The notes beneath the pieces were generated by a model, which was given only the letters and a program-made list of their open reading frames with translations, was not told the origin of the DNA and did not search any database. From the NCBI GenBank assembly GCA_963718615.1, contig OY970368.1:5472001-5536000 (forward strand): a DNA stretch of 64,000 nt. Reading direction: 5' to 3'. The stretch comes from an uncultured cyanobacterium (GTDB lineage Bacteria; Cyanobacteriota; Cyanobacteriia; PCC-9006; JAAUQQ01). The translations under genes were made by a program, and so were the position numbers. Positions within the stretch are counted from its first letter, which is position 1; each line of letters opens with the position of its first letter. This document shows, one piece after another, positions 50,102 to 60,418 of the stretch.

Positions 50102-51148
50102 TCATGAGCCCGCAAAGGCTTGTTGCAGTTGAATAACATTCTCCCGCATGACGGTAAAGTAGGCATCGGGCCTAATACTATCCATCTCTCCCACTTCATT
50201 GGGCTGAAATGTACTGATGTTTACATTCAAATCTTGAGCTAAGGCCTGGAAGGGACCCGCTGTTGCTTGAGATTCAGTTAAGAGGGTTTTGAGCTCAGAT
50301 TTTTTTACGGCTTCCATGACTCGTTTGACATCATTAGGGGCAGGATTCTCTTCGGGAATTCCCACTAAAAATTCGACTTTTAAGCCATAGCGATCGGCAA
50401 AGTAATTGGCAAAGTCGTGATAGGTGACAAAGGTTTTACCTGCAAAGGGAGACAGGGTCTTCTGAATCTCCTGGTGAAGTGCTTCTAACTGTGCGTTATA
50501 GGTAGCAGCATTGGCCGTAAATTGTGCTTCACAAGTGGGCTGAGCTACGATCAAGCCATCGCGAATATTGTTCACTTGATCCATCGCTCGCACCGGATCT
50601 AACCAAATATGGGGATCGAATTCACCATGATCATGGCTCTCTGTTTCTTCGCCGTGATGTTCTGACTCTGTACCGTGATGATCATGCTCGCTCTCTACCA
50701 TGGGAATCAGATCGAGTCCTTCGCTACTATCAATAATCTTCAAGTTTGGATTGCCCGTATTCTCGATCATAGAGTCTAGAAAATGTTCAATTTCTAGGCC
50801 GTTTTGTACCAAGACATCTGCCTGTGACAGGCTTTGAGCATCACTGGGTTTAGCCTGATAATCGTGGGGACCAACATTGGTCGGCAAGAGTTGAGTGACC
50901 TCAGCGCAGTCACCCGCTACCGCTTTAGTGAACTGGGTCATGGGCAAAAATGTCGTTACAACCTTCAGCTTCTGCTCGCTGCTAGGGGCCGCATTATTGG
51001 CTAAGTCTTGAGCAGAGGTTTTGCCTGCGTTTTGGCCTGCGTTCTGGGCTACCTCTGGATTGGATTGGCCGGAGCAAGCACCTAGCACTAGGGCGATCGC
51101 CAGACCTAAAAATCGAACGTGAATGGATTGACCTTTAGCTAAAACCAT
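50102..51148 (-). CDS. znuA: Zinc ABC transporter substrate-binding lipoprotein
   Basis: Lipobox LGAC, GPHDY, His-rich loop, DPHIWLDP, TYHD; TTG 51166 is an alternative start. Confidence 0.88.
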   Translation of the reverse strand: MVLAKGQSIHVRFLGLAIALVLGACSGQSNPEVAQNAGQNAGKTSAQDLANNAAPSSEQKLKVVTTFLPMTQFTKAVAGDCAEVTQLLPTNVGPHDYQAKPSDAQSLSQADVLVQNGLEIEHFLDSMIENTGNPNLKIIDSSEGLDLIPMVESEHDHHGTESEHHGEETESHDHGEFDPHIWLDPVRAMDQVNNIRDGLIVAQPTCEAQFTANAATYNAQLEALHQEIQKTLSPFAGKTFVTYHDFANYFADRYGLKVEFLVGIPEENPAPNDVKRVMEAVKKSELKTLLTESQATAGPFQALAQDLNVNISTFQPNEVGEMDSIRPDAYFTVMRENVIQLQQAFAGS

Positions 51149-51156
51149 GGCTAAAA

Positions 51157-52272
<1,116 letters not shown>

Positions 52273-52280
52273 TTATTATA

Positions 52281-52301
52281 TGATAATGAAAATCATTATC
52301 A
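52281..52301. promoter_or_regulatory. Zur box (two overlapping)
   Basis: TGATAATGAAAATCATTATCA between divergent hemB and the fur-family gene; cyanobacterial Zur consensus TGATAATnATTATCA. Confidence 0.88.
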
Positions 52302-52355
52302 CTCAATTCGTCAAGAGAAAATGCTTCGTTTAGAAATGTTATTGAGAGGAAATCT

Positions 52356-52766
52356 GTGGTGAACCGGAGGTTAACGAGTAGTCAGATGTTGGTATACGAG
52401 GTGTTACAAGACACGTCTCTGGAATTAAGTGCTCAGGCGATTCATGCCGCTTTAGTTCGTCGCGGGCATGCCCGTGGCTTGGCAACGGTTTATCGGGCAT
52501 TGCGAGGGTTGCAATTGCTGGGGTTGGTGCGATCGCATTCCTTGCTCGCAGGAGAACAGGGATTTAGCTTGTGTCACAAAAACTCCCCCTACCTCACCTG
52601 TTTGCAATGCGGACAATCGGTATCTTTAGCAATGAGTCCGATGGAAAACTTTGTCCGACATCTTGCTCAACAAGCGAACTTTCTAGTCTATTACCACACG
52701 CTAGAGCTTATTGGGATCTGTTTGCCTTGTCAAGACAATATTCAAGGGGAACATCATCAAACGTAG
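52356..52766 (+). CDS. Fur-family regulator, Zur-like paralog
   Basis: LSAQ, GLATVYRAL, LTCLQCG, YYHTLE..GICLPC. Confidence 0.85.
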   Translation: MVNRRLTSSQMLVYEVLQDTSLELSAQAIHAALVRRGHARGLATVYRALRGLQLLGLVRSHSLLAGEQGFSLCHKNSPYLTCLQCGQSVSLAMSPMENFVRHLAQQANFLVYYHTLELIGICLPCQDNIQGEHHQT

Positions 52767-52768
52767 CC

Positions 52769-53404
52769 TTAGAAGTGGCGTTGATTTTGAATCGCTTCAA
52801 GGTCGCAAGTCCCGGTCTCCGCACAGCGATACCCGGCTAAAAGTGCCTTGTTAATCTCGACCACATGGTGGGAAAACTTTTGGTCGTGGGGTTTCGCATT
52901 TGGAAGACGATCGGCCTGTTGCTGATGCACAATGATTGATCCGGATGGAACATACTTTCCAGGCAGAATTTCTACATCCTGGATGAGTGCATGCATCATG
53001 ACGATGCAACCTTGACCGACCTTGGCATTAAAGACTGTGGAACGAAAGCCGATAAAACAATTATCGCCTACGTAGGCTGGTCCGTGAATTAGAGCCATGT
53101 GAGTAATACAGGTATTTCGACCAATCCAGACTGAATACAATTGTTGATCATCTCCAGTGACACGACCTTCCTCGAGGCCATGAATGACGACGCCATCTTG
53201 AATATTGCTGCGATCGCCAATGTGAAAGGGGGTCCCTTCATCCGCTCGAATCGAGCAATGGGGAGCAATCAGTACGCCTTCGCCAATGTGAATATCACCA
53301 ATGAGACTAGAGGCCGGATGAACATAGGCGGATGGGTGAGCTTGGGGACGATCTGTACTTTGGTCCCAGGGGGTTGGTGGTGCAGGTTGATAACGGAGTG
53401 GCAT
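52769..53404 (-). CDS. Stand-alone CcmM-type gamma-carbonic anhydrase (no SSUL repeats)
   Basis: [52 protein letters not shown]; ends just after the CA domain. Confidence 0.88.
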   Translation of the reverse strand: MPLRYQPAPPTPWDQSTDRPQAHPSAYVHPASSLIGDIHIGEGVLIAPHCSIRADEGTPFHIGDRSNIQDGVVIHGLEEGRVTGDDQQLYSVWIGRNTCITHMALIHGPAYVGDNCFIGFRSTVFNAKVGQGCIVMMHALIQDVEILPGKYVPSGSIIVHQQQADRLPNAKPHDQKFSHHVVEINKALLAGYRCAETGTCDLEAIQNQRHF

Positions 53405-53477
53405 AGAAATGAAGCTTGCAGATGGATGGTATTTAAGGCACTGAAAACCAAACGTTGAGTTGAATGACCGGGAACCC

Positions 53478-53954
53478 TTAAAGTTGAGTTGGATTAGGTG
53501 CATCGCCATACACCTGTTGCGGATCGAAGGTTTTTTCTAACTCAGTAAAGTGCAGTGTGATCGACTGGGCTACTGCGTCCCCCAGCGGAATTTCACGATA
53601 GAAACAAGAATGATATCCCACATGACAGCTTGCCCCAGTTCCAGCCACATCGACTTTCATCCAGAGGCAATCTTGATCATCGTCAATCAGCAGTTGTCGA
53701 ACATGCTGAATCAGCCCACTGGTCGCCCCCTTATGCCAAAGAACCTGACGACTGCGGCTGTAGTAATGGGCTTCGCGGGTGACGATTGTGCGCCGTAGTG
53801 CTTCGGCATTCATGTATCCCTGCATGAGCACTTCGCCGCTGGAGGCGTTGGTGGTGATCACGGGGATTAATCCTTGGGCATCGAACCTTGGGGCAAGGCT
53901 GGTGCTTTCTTCAACTTGCTGAACGGACTGCCGCTGCGAAAAGGGGAAACTCAT
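53478..53954 (-). CDS. hisI: Phosphoribosyl-AMP cyclohydrolase paralog
   Basis: [47 protein letters not shown]. Confidence 0.92.
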   Translation of the reverse strand: MSFPFSQRQSVQQVEESTSLAPRFDAQGLIPVITTNASSGEVLMQGYMNAEALRRTIVTREAHYYSRSRQVLWHKGATSGLIQHVRQLLIDDDQDCLWMKVDVAGTGASCHVGYHSCFYREIPLGDAVAQSITLHFTELEKTFDPQQVYGDAPNPTQL

Positions 53955-53989
53955 GGCCAGAAAACGACATAGAATAATGATGGATAGTT

Positions 53990-54004
53990 TGATAATGATT
54001 ATCA
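53990..54004. promoter_or_regulatory. Zur box
   Basis: Perfect TGATAATGATTATCA, 35 bp upstream of hisI. Confidence 0.92.
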
Positions 54005-54077
54005 TTTCTATTGTAGGGTACCATGGCGCTCTAACGCCGAGTGGTGCTAAATTGACGCCTAAGCACACCGTTCTAGG

Positions 54078-54986
54078 GTGATTGATGAGTTCCGTTCTGA
54101 AATTGTGAAAACACCAGTTTGTTGCTTTAGCGCTGTTCTGGGCTTTGGTCTGGGTTCTGTTTTCAGCCTGGGAGGTTTGTCGGCGATCGCCTACGAAGTC
54201 ACCCTAAGCCCCAGCAGCCCCCAACTGGGTGACACCCTCAGCGTTGACATTCGAGCCGAGCAGCCCAACTCTACCGAGCCGCCCCAGGTGCAGGTCGGCA
54301 GCAAAACCTATCCCAGCTTTGCTCTTCCCGGTCGTGGTTTACCCCAGTTTCGGGCCTTGATTCCGACGAGCCCTTTAGATAAGCCAAGCCGGTTGGTGGT
54401 ACAAGTCAGTGGTCAGGACAGAACCCGTAATCTGGCGGTGGAGTTGCGGGGGCGATCGTTCCGCACCCAGAGCATTTGGTTGCCCCCCGGAGATGACGAT
54501 TTGGGGACGGATTTTGAGTTCGATCGCGTCGATGCCTTCAAGCAACTGGTGAGCCCAGAACGCCACTGGTCTGGGCCGTTGCTGCGTCCGAGTGCAGGCT
54601 CAATCACGACGGAGTATGGGGTTCAGCGTTATTACAACGGCAAATTTGCGGATGACTACTACCACCGAGGGGTGGATTATGCCGCGCCCACGGGCACGCC
54701 TGTGGTGGCTCCGGCGGCGGGCTACGTGCGTTTGGTGGGGCGCGAGGCCGAGGGCTTTGAAATCCATGGCAATACCATTGGGGTTGACCATGGCCAGGGG
54801 GTGCTGAGTATTATGATTCACCTCAGCCGCATTGATGTGAAGGAGGGGGATTTCGTGACGGCGGGGCAGCGCATTGGGGCGATCGGCAATACGGGGGCTT
54901 CAACCGGGCCTCATCTCCATTGGGGTCTCTATGTCCATGGGGTGGCGGTTGATCCAGTGCCCTGGCGAACCACCGGTGTAGAGTAG
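54078..54986 (+). CDS. M23 family metallopeptidase
   Basis: HRGVD, DHG, GNTGASTGPHLHW. Confidence 0.92.
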   Translation: MIDEFRSEIVKTPVCCFSAVLGFGLGSVFSLGGLSAIAYEVTLSPSSPQLGDTLSVDIRAEQPNSTEPPQVQVGSKTYPSFALPGRGLPQFRALIPTSPLDKPSRLVVQVSGQDRTRNLAVELRGRSFRTQSIWLPPGDDDLGTDFEFDRVDAFKQLVSPERHWSGPLLRPSAGSITTEYGVQRYYNGKFADDYYHRGVDYAAPTGTPVVAPAAGYVRLVGREAEGFEIHGNTIGVDHGQGVLSIMIHLSRIDVKEGDFVTAGQRIGAIGNTGASTGPHLHWGLYVHGVAVDPVPWRTTGVE

Positions 54987-55015
54987 TCCATTCTTCGCAG
55001 TACCCAGGTCAAGAC

Positions 55016-55663
55016 TCATTCATCTACTGCTTTGTCGAGGAGCATTATAGAAAGCTTGCATCGCTCCCTGATCGAAGTTTTTTGCGGTGCATACAGGTAG
55101 AAGAAATGACTCTTGGTCTGGGCTAGAAATCCCTCCTGTTGCAGTTGTTTCAATAGTCGAGTTGTTGTCACGCGTGTACTGCCCACAAAGTCTGCAATCA
55201 TTTGGTGCGTGAGACGCAAGTTGATCAGCATTCCGGTTTCTGTGCGTTCACCAAATCGTGAACCTAACCACATGAATAAACGCTCAATTCGCTGCATGAC
55301 TGGACCGTGACGCAAGGTTAGGAGAACTTGAGTCTGTTTAACTTGGTTAAGGGACTGATGTACCCATAGATCCGGGGTGAGGGTGCTGATCGGAACAACC
55401 GTGACCTGGGTAATGCTCTCAACTTCAAGGGCATCCTGGGGAACCAAGGGAAATCCCAGTAAGTCACCTTGGCTCCAGATACCGACGGGGATGAGCGTAC
55501 CGTCTTCGGCGAGAATGCAGGTGAGGATGAAGCCCTGAGTGATTTGCCAAAATCCATGTTGAGGTAGCTGTAATCGTTCTCTACGTTGAAAAGTGATGGT
55601 TTGAGGCTCTCGATTTGGCAGTGCGTACTCTGGGCAATCACCACTCATGTCTCTAACTTTCAT
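55016..55663 (-). CDS. Crp/Fnr-family transcriptional regulator
   Basis: LTHQMIADFVGSTRVTTTRLL HTH; start uncertain (55648-55741). Confidence 0.85.
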   Translation of the reverse strand: MKVRDMSGDCPEYALPNREPQTITFQRRERLQLPQHGFWQITQGFILTCILAEDGTLIPVGIWSQGDLLGFPLVPQDALEVESITQVTVVPISTLTPDLWVHQSLNQVKQTQVLLTLRHGPVMQRIERLFMWLGSRFGERTETGMLINLRLTHQMIADFVGSTRVTTTRLLKQLQQEGFLAQTKSHFFYLYAPQKTSIRERCKLSIMLLDKAVDE

Positions 55664-55751
55664 CAGTGAGCTTTTCCATCGGGGTAACTCATTTTGTTCC
55701 TGCTGCTGCCAAGAATCACCTAGCCCTAATAAATCATCCATAAAATGGTGC

Positions 55752-56027
55752 CTAGGAATCGTTTAGATTCTCATTGTTCTGAAAAGCTTTGATTAAATCG
55801 ACTGGCTCGATCTCAGCCACAGCTTTATGAACCTTAAACTGCCTAACGGGATCTGTCATGACTGTAATTGCCGTTTCAATGGGAGGACAGTGAGGTTCAT
55901 GGCACTGTAATTGGCTAATTGAGATCACGATTTCTTCCTCAACATGGAGAAGTTCAAAGAGCCAACTTTTCAGTTGTTCGACTTGAGCGGGTTCGGCTTT
56001 GAGCGGTTGAGATGAAAAGAGATTCAT
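55752..56027 (-). CDS. Small hypothetical protein with CxEPxCPP motif
   Basis: QLKSW...ISISQLQCHEPHCPPIETAI. Confidence 0.75.
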   Translation of the reverse strand: MNLFSSQPLKAEPAQVEQLKSWLFELLHVEEEIVISISQLQCHEPHCPPIETAITVMTDPVRQFKVHKAVAEIEPVDLIKAFQNNENLNDS

Positions 56028-56150
56028 GGTTACGATAGGTTTTGGATAAGCTGAAATAGATTGCTTCAGACCTTGATAAGACTGAGTTCATGAGACTGAG
56101 TTCAACCAACTGGAACTCAAGACATTGAGAAATAGTGAGGATGGAAAGCT

Positions 56151-58007
56151 TTAGATGAGAGATTTTTGGGCGATCGCCTCCTGCATTTTGTCGATGAGCA
56201 CTTGAAGCTTTAAGCAGCCTAAATCTCCCCCCATTCGGGTCCGAACACTGAGGGTTTCGCTCTCTACCTCTCGTTTGCCAATTACCGCAATCACAGGGAT
56301 TTTTTCAAGTTCTGCGGTTCGAATCATTTTGCCGAGGCGATCGCCACTCTGATCCACCTCTGCCCGAAATCCTTGTTTTTTTAACTGCTGAACCCATTGA
56401 TCTGCATAGTCCCGCTGTTTATCACTCACGGGCAATAGCCTGACTTGTACCGGAGCCAACCACAGCGGAAAAAGGCCCGCATAGTTCTCAATTAAAATGC
56501 CAAAGAATCGCTCTAGGGAACCGAAGATGGCGCGGTGAATCATGATGGGTCGTTTCCGTGAACCGTCCGCTGCGACATATTCCATGTCAAACCGTTCTGG
56601 CAAGTTGAAATCCACCTGAATGGTAGAACATTGCCACAGACGACCAATGGCATCGCGAATTTTGATGTCAATCTTGGGACCATAGAAAGCCCCGCCCCCT
56701 TCATCCGTGAGGTAGGGCCACCCCTTGGTTTCTAATGCTTCGATCAACGCAGCGGTGGCCAATTGCCAAATCTCATCCCCACCGACGGATTTCTCTGGTC
56801 GAGTTGAAAGATTGACTTCATAATCCTGGAAGCCAAAGTCTGAGAGGATTTTTTCCGTGAGGTCTAGAACGCCTAAAATTTCAACGGCGACCTGATCGGG
56901 TAAACAGAAAATATGCGCATCATCCTGAGTAAATCCGCGAACGCGCATCAACCCGTGGAGCGTGCCAGATCGCTCGTAGCGATAGACTGTGCCGAGTTCT
57001 GCCCAACGCAGGGGAAACTCCCGATAGGAATGGAGATCATGCTGGTAGGTCAACACATGAAAGGGGCAATTCATGGGTTTGAGCTGATAGGCTTGCTCCT
57101 CCACATCAATGGCATCAAACATGCCATCTCGATAGAAATCAAAATGGCCCGAGGTTTTCCAAAGCTCTAGGTTGGCCAGATGGGGGGTGAACAATAGCTC
57201 ATAGCCTGCCTCCGTATGAGCCTGCCGCCAATAGTCTTCGATCACACGGCGAATTCTTGCGCCCTTAGGGTGCCAAAACACCAAGCCGCCCCCCGCTTGC
57301 TCTTCAATGCTGAAGAGCTTTAGTTCTTGGCCCAACTTGCGATGATCCCGCCGTTTAGCCTCCTCTTTTTGTTGGAGATAGCTTTGGAGCTGTTCTGGAG
57401 TTTCCCAAGCGGTGCCATACACCCGCTGTAACTGTGCCTTGGTTTCGTCACCTCGCCAATAGGCTCCGGCCACACTTTCCAAGGCAAAGGCCTGGGGATT
57501 GATCTGCCCCGTCCGGGTCAAATGGGGGCCAGCACAGAGATCCCACCAGCAGGGGTGGGGGGGAATGACGACTGGGTGAATCAGAGACGGTTCGACTTCC
57601 GGGTGATTGGTCCAACCGCTGTCAGGGCAGCCGATGAAATAGCGACTAATGACGGCCTCCTCTGGGAGACTATCAAGAATTTCGAGCTTGTAGGGTTCGT
57701 TGAGTTGCTCAATTTCCGCCTTAATGGCTGTGCGATCAACAGTTTCTTGAATGATGGGCAGATCCGCTTTGATGATTTGCCGCATTTCCAGCTCAATCTG
57801 CTCTAGATCCTCTGGGGTGAAGGGAGTGGGGCAATCAAAATCGTAGTAGAAGCCAGTCTCCGTCCAGGGGCCAAGGGTCACCTTCGCCTCCGGAAAGAGT
57901 CGCTGCACGGCCATGGCGAGAACATGGGAGCAGGTGTGGCGAATCCGCTGGAGCTGGTCAGCGACCTCAGGAAGAGGTGAGAGTTGAACAAAAGCAGGAT
58001 GGGACAT
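56151..58007 (-). CDS. thrS: Threonyl-tRNA synthetase (Zur-regulated thrS2 type)
   Basis: RHTCSHVLA, DLCAGPH, RDHRKLG, KPMNCP, RVRGFTQDDAH, FYGPKID, IHRAIFGSLERF. Confidence 0.96.
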   Translation of the reverse strand: MSHPAFVQLSPLPEVADQLQRIRHTCSHVLAMAVQRLFPEAKVTLGPWTETGFYYDFDCPTPFTPEDLEQIELEMRQIIKADLPIIQETVDRTAIKAEIEQLNEPYKLEILDSLPEEAVISRYFIGCPDSGWTNHPEVEPSLIHPVVIPPHPCWWDLCAGPHLTRTGQINPQAFALESVAGAYWRGDETKAQLQRVYGTAWETPEQLQSYLQQKEEAKRRDHRKLGQELKLFSIEEQAGGGLVFWHPKGARIRRVIEDYWRQAHTEAGYELLFTPHLANLELWKTSGHFDFYRDGMFDAIDVEEQAYQLKPMNCPFHVLTYQHDLHSYREFPLRWAELGTVYRYERSGTLHGLMRVRGFTQDDAHIFCLPDQVAVEILGVLDLTEKILSDFGFQDYEVNLSTRPEKSVGGDEIWQLATAALIEALETKGWPYLTDEGGGAFYGPKIDIKIRDAIGRLWQCSTIQVDFNLPERFDMEYVAADGSRKRPIMIHRAIFGSLERFFGILIENYAGLFPLWLAPVQVRLLPVSDKQRDYADQWVQQLKKQGFRAEVDQSGDRLGKMIRTAELEKIPVIAVIGKREVESETLSVRTRMGGDLGCLKLQVLIDKMQEAIAQKSLI

Positions 58008-58073
58008 CGACGTCTGAGAGAATCCCTACGAGAGCAATGCACTTGGAATACACCCTTGCGATCATAACATTTT

Positions 58074-58088
58074 TGATAATGATTATCA
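58074..58088. promoter_or_regulatory. Zur box
   Basis: Perfect TGATAATGATTATCA, 66 bp upstream of thrS. Confidence 0.92.
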
Positions 58089-58398
58089 TTCTTGTTGATG
58101 GAAAGCCATCAATTGGGTTGGCTTTGGCGGCTTCAAGGTGAGAGGATGTTTGAGAATAGCTGAGGCTGTGGCCATTTTCGCCATTACTCCCTGGCTTGCA
58201 CCGAAGCATCAGGCCATTCTGAGCTAGCCAAGGTATCAATTCCTGCAACTTGGCGCATTCTTAAACATCCTCTGAAAGATGTCACCCAACTATCCTCCCT
58301 CAGGGGATCTCTTATCCCCCCTAGGGGTATTGTTGTGTGTCAACCTTAGCATTTAGGGTTAGGGGAAGATTGCAAACATTTTTTGGGAGTCTTGTCTC

Positions 58399-58998
58399 AT
58401 GGCCTACGAATTACCGGCATTGCCCTATGACTACAATGCCCTAGATCCATACATTTCAAAAAGCACTTTAGAATTTCACCATGACAAGCACCATGCTGCC
58501 TATGTGAGTAAATTTAATCAGGCCATCCAGGGAACGGATTGGGATCAAATGCCCATTGAAAAAGTGATTCAGGCGATCGCAGGGGATGCCGATAAGACTG
58601 CCATTTTTAACAACGCGGCCCAAGCCTGGAACCATACCTTCTATTGGAACAGTATGAAACCAGGGGGAGGAGGGATGCCCAGCGGAGAATTAATGAAGAA
58701 AATTGAAGCTGATTTTGGGGGCTTTGAGTCATTTGCAGAAGCCTTTAAAAATGCAGGAGCTACACAATTTGGCAGTGGTTGGGCTTGGTTGGTGCTAGAA
58801 GGTCGCACCCTCAAGGTCACAAAAACCCTCAATGCAGATAATCCCCTCACCCAAGGACAAGTCCCTCTGCTCACGATGGATGTTTGGGAACATGCCTATT
58901 ATTTGGATTATCAAAATAAGCGCCCCGACTACATTGAAACGTTCTTGGGAAATCTCGTGAACTGGGAATTTGCAGCTCAAAATTTAGCTGCGGCCTAA
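58399..58998 (+). CDS. sodB: Fe superoxide dismutase
   Basis: HHDKHHAAY, FNNAAQAWNH (Fe-type), FGSGWAW, DVWEHAYY. Confidence 0.95.
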   Translation: MAYELPALPYDYNALDPYISKSTLEFHHDKHHAAYVSKFNQAIQGTDWDQMPIEKVIQAIAGDADKTAIFNNAAQAWNHTFYWNSMKPGGGGMPSGELMKKIEADFGGFESFAEAFKNAGATQFGSGWAWLVLEGRTLKVTKTLNADNPLTQGQVPLLTMDVWEHAYYLDYQNKRPDYIETFLGNLVNWEFAAQNLAAA

Positions 58999-59126
58999 GC
59001 TTTTGTGCGGTTTCAGAGTCTTGACCCGATGTATGGGTGCAGGACACTGCTTGAACTGGAAAACTGACGATCCGATGGCTCTGTCCAAGCGGTAGAGCCT
59101 GATTCTTCATCCCCGTTGAGCCCACC

Positions 59127-59345
59127 ATGATTTTGAATCCTGACTTTCCTCATATTGTCTGGTCATTTCCCTATCGCGGCTGGCGATTGGAGGTAGATCG
59201 GAGCGAAAATGATGGGCAAGTTGTATATGCTGTTTGGGCTAATCATGAGGGAGGGACGGCGATCGCAGTGCCCTGTGCTTTGACCCGTGAAGAGGCCATC
59301 AAGCGCGCCAAGCACTATGTCGATTCCCGAATCAGCGCTGATTAG
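59127..59345 (+). CDS. Small hypothetical protein
   Basis: 72-aa ORF with YRGWRLEV...YAVWA...AIAVP...EAIKRAK.YVD. Confidence 0.6.
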   Translation: MILNPDFPHIVWSFPYRGWRLEVDRSENDGQVVYAVWANHEGGTAIAVPCALTREEAIKRAKHYVDSRISAD

Positions 59346-60418
59346 AACATTCGCCAAATCAACCATTCCCCCGCCTGCCCTCCAGCCACCAAAAACTGCC
59401 CTGAAGGATGCCACGCGACGGTAGAAAATCCCTGCATCGTGGCCTCAATTATTTGGCTTAAAATATGGCCCTTGCGCCAAAGCCCCAGAGAGCCATCCGC
59501 CGAGGCCGTGGCGAGTAACAAACTTTGGGGATGAAAGGCGATCGCCTCCACCCGTTCTGTATGCAACTCCAGTAATCGTGCCTCCCAGCCAATCGCATCA
59601 TCCTCGGATTTTTGCCACAGGACAATATCTTGGCTACTGGCACTCGCCAATAATGGAGCCTGACCCGACAGCACTGGGCTCCAGACGAGCTGCCTCACCT
59701 TCCCCGGAAAGCCCCCCATGCGCCAAGGATTCTCACTGTTGCCCTGTTGCCAGACCCAGAGCGTCCGGTCGAGATTGCCTGAGGCTAAGTATTGACCTTC
59801 TGGTGAGCAGGCGATCGCCAGCCCCGCAGAGGGCATCTCTAAAATCTGCGGTTCCCGGTCCCAATCGCCAGCCTTCCAAATTTTGACGCCCTGCTGTCCA
59901 CTGACGGCGAGCCAGTGCCCCGCCGGGTGCCATTGCAGATCTAATACTGACGACTGCTCAAAATCCACCGTCATCACGACAGCCTGGTCGATCGCATCCC
60001 AAACCTGAACATAATGACCCAAACTGAACGCCAGCTCAGGCTTGCAAGGATTCCAGGCTAGGCGATCGACCCAGACCCGTGGATGTTCAAGTTGGGTGAG
60101 CAGCGTCGGCCCCTCTTTGGAATCAGCTTGGATTGGCATCGACCACAGATACAGACATCCCTCCTGACCCCCGGCTGCCAGAAATCGGCCATCGGCGGAA
60201 AATTCTAAGGTATCGATGGAAGATCCCTGCGGTTCCGTCAATGGATGCAGAGACAATTCTTCCCCTAGCCAATGGCCCCAAACCACCTCACCCGCCGCAG
60301 AAGCAAGGGCAATGACTTGGCCCGTGGGAGACCAGGCGATCGCCGTGATGTAGTCCTGTAAATGGCCCTGGCTATGGGGGGTTACCAGGGTTTGCAGGGG
60401 TGCTCTTACTGTATACAT
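59342..60418 (-). CDS. WD40-repeat protein (COG0523-associated)
   Basis: Repeated AWSP/FSADG/WHP..G motifs; overlaps the COG0523 gene. Confidence 0.9.
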   Translation of the reverse strand: MYTVRAPLQTLVTPHSQGHLQDYITAIAWSPTGQVIALASAAGEVVWGHWLGEELSLHPLTEPQGSSIDTLEFSADGRFLAAGGQEGCLYLWSMPIQADSKEGPTLLTQLEHPRVWVDRLAWNPCKPELAFSLGHYVQVWDAIDQAVVMTVDFEQSSVLDLQWHPAGHWLAVSGQQGVKIWKAGDWDREPQILEMPSAGLAIACSPEGQYLASGNLDRTLWVWQQGNSENPWRMGGFPGKVRQLVWSPVLSGQAPLLASASSQDIVLWQKSEDDAIGWEARLLELHTERVEAIAFHPQSLLLATASADGSLGLWRKGHILSQIIEATMQGFSTVAWHPSGQFLVAGGQAGEWLIWRMF

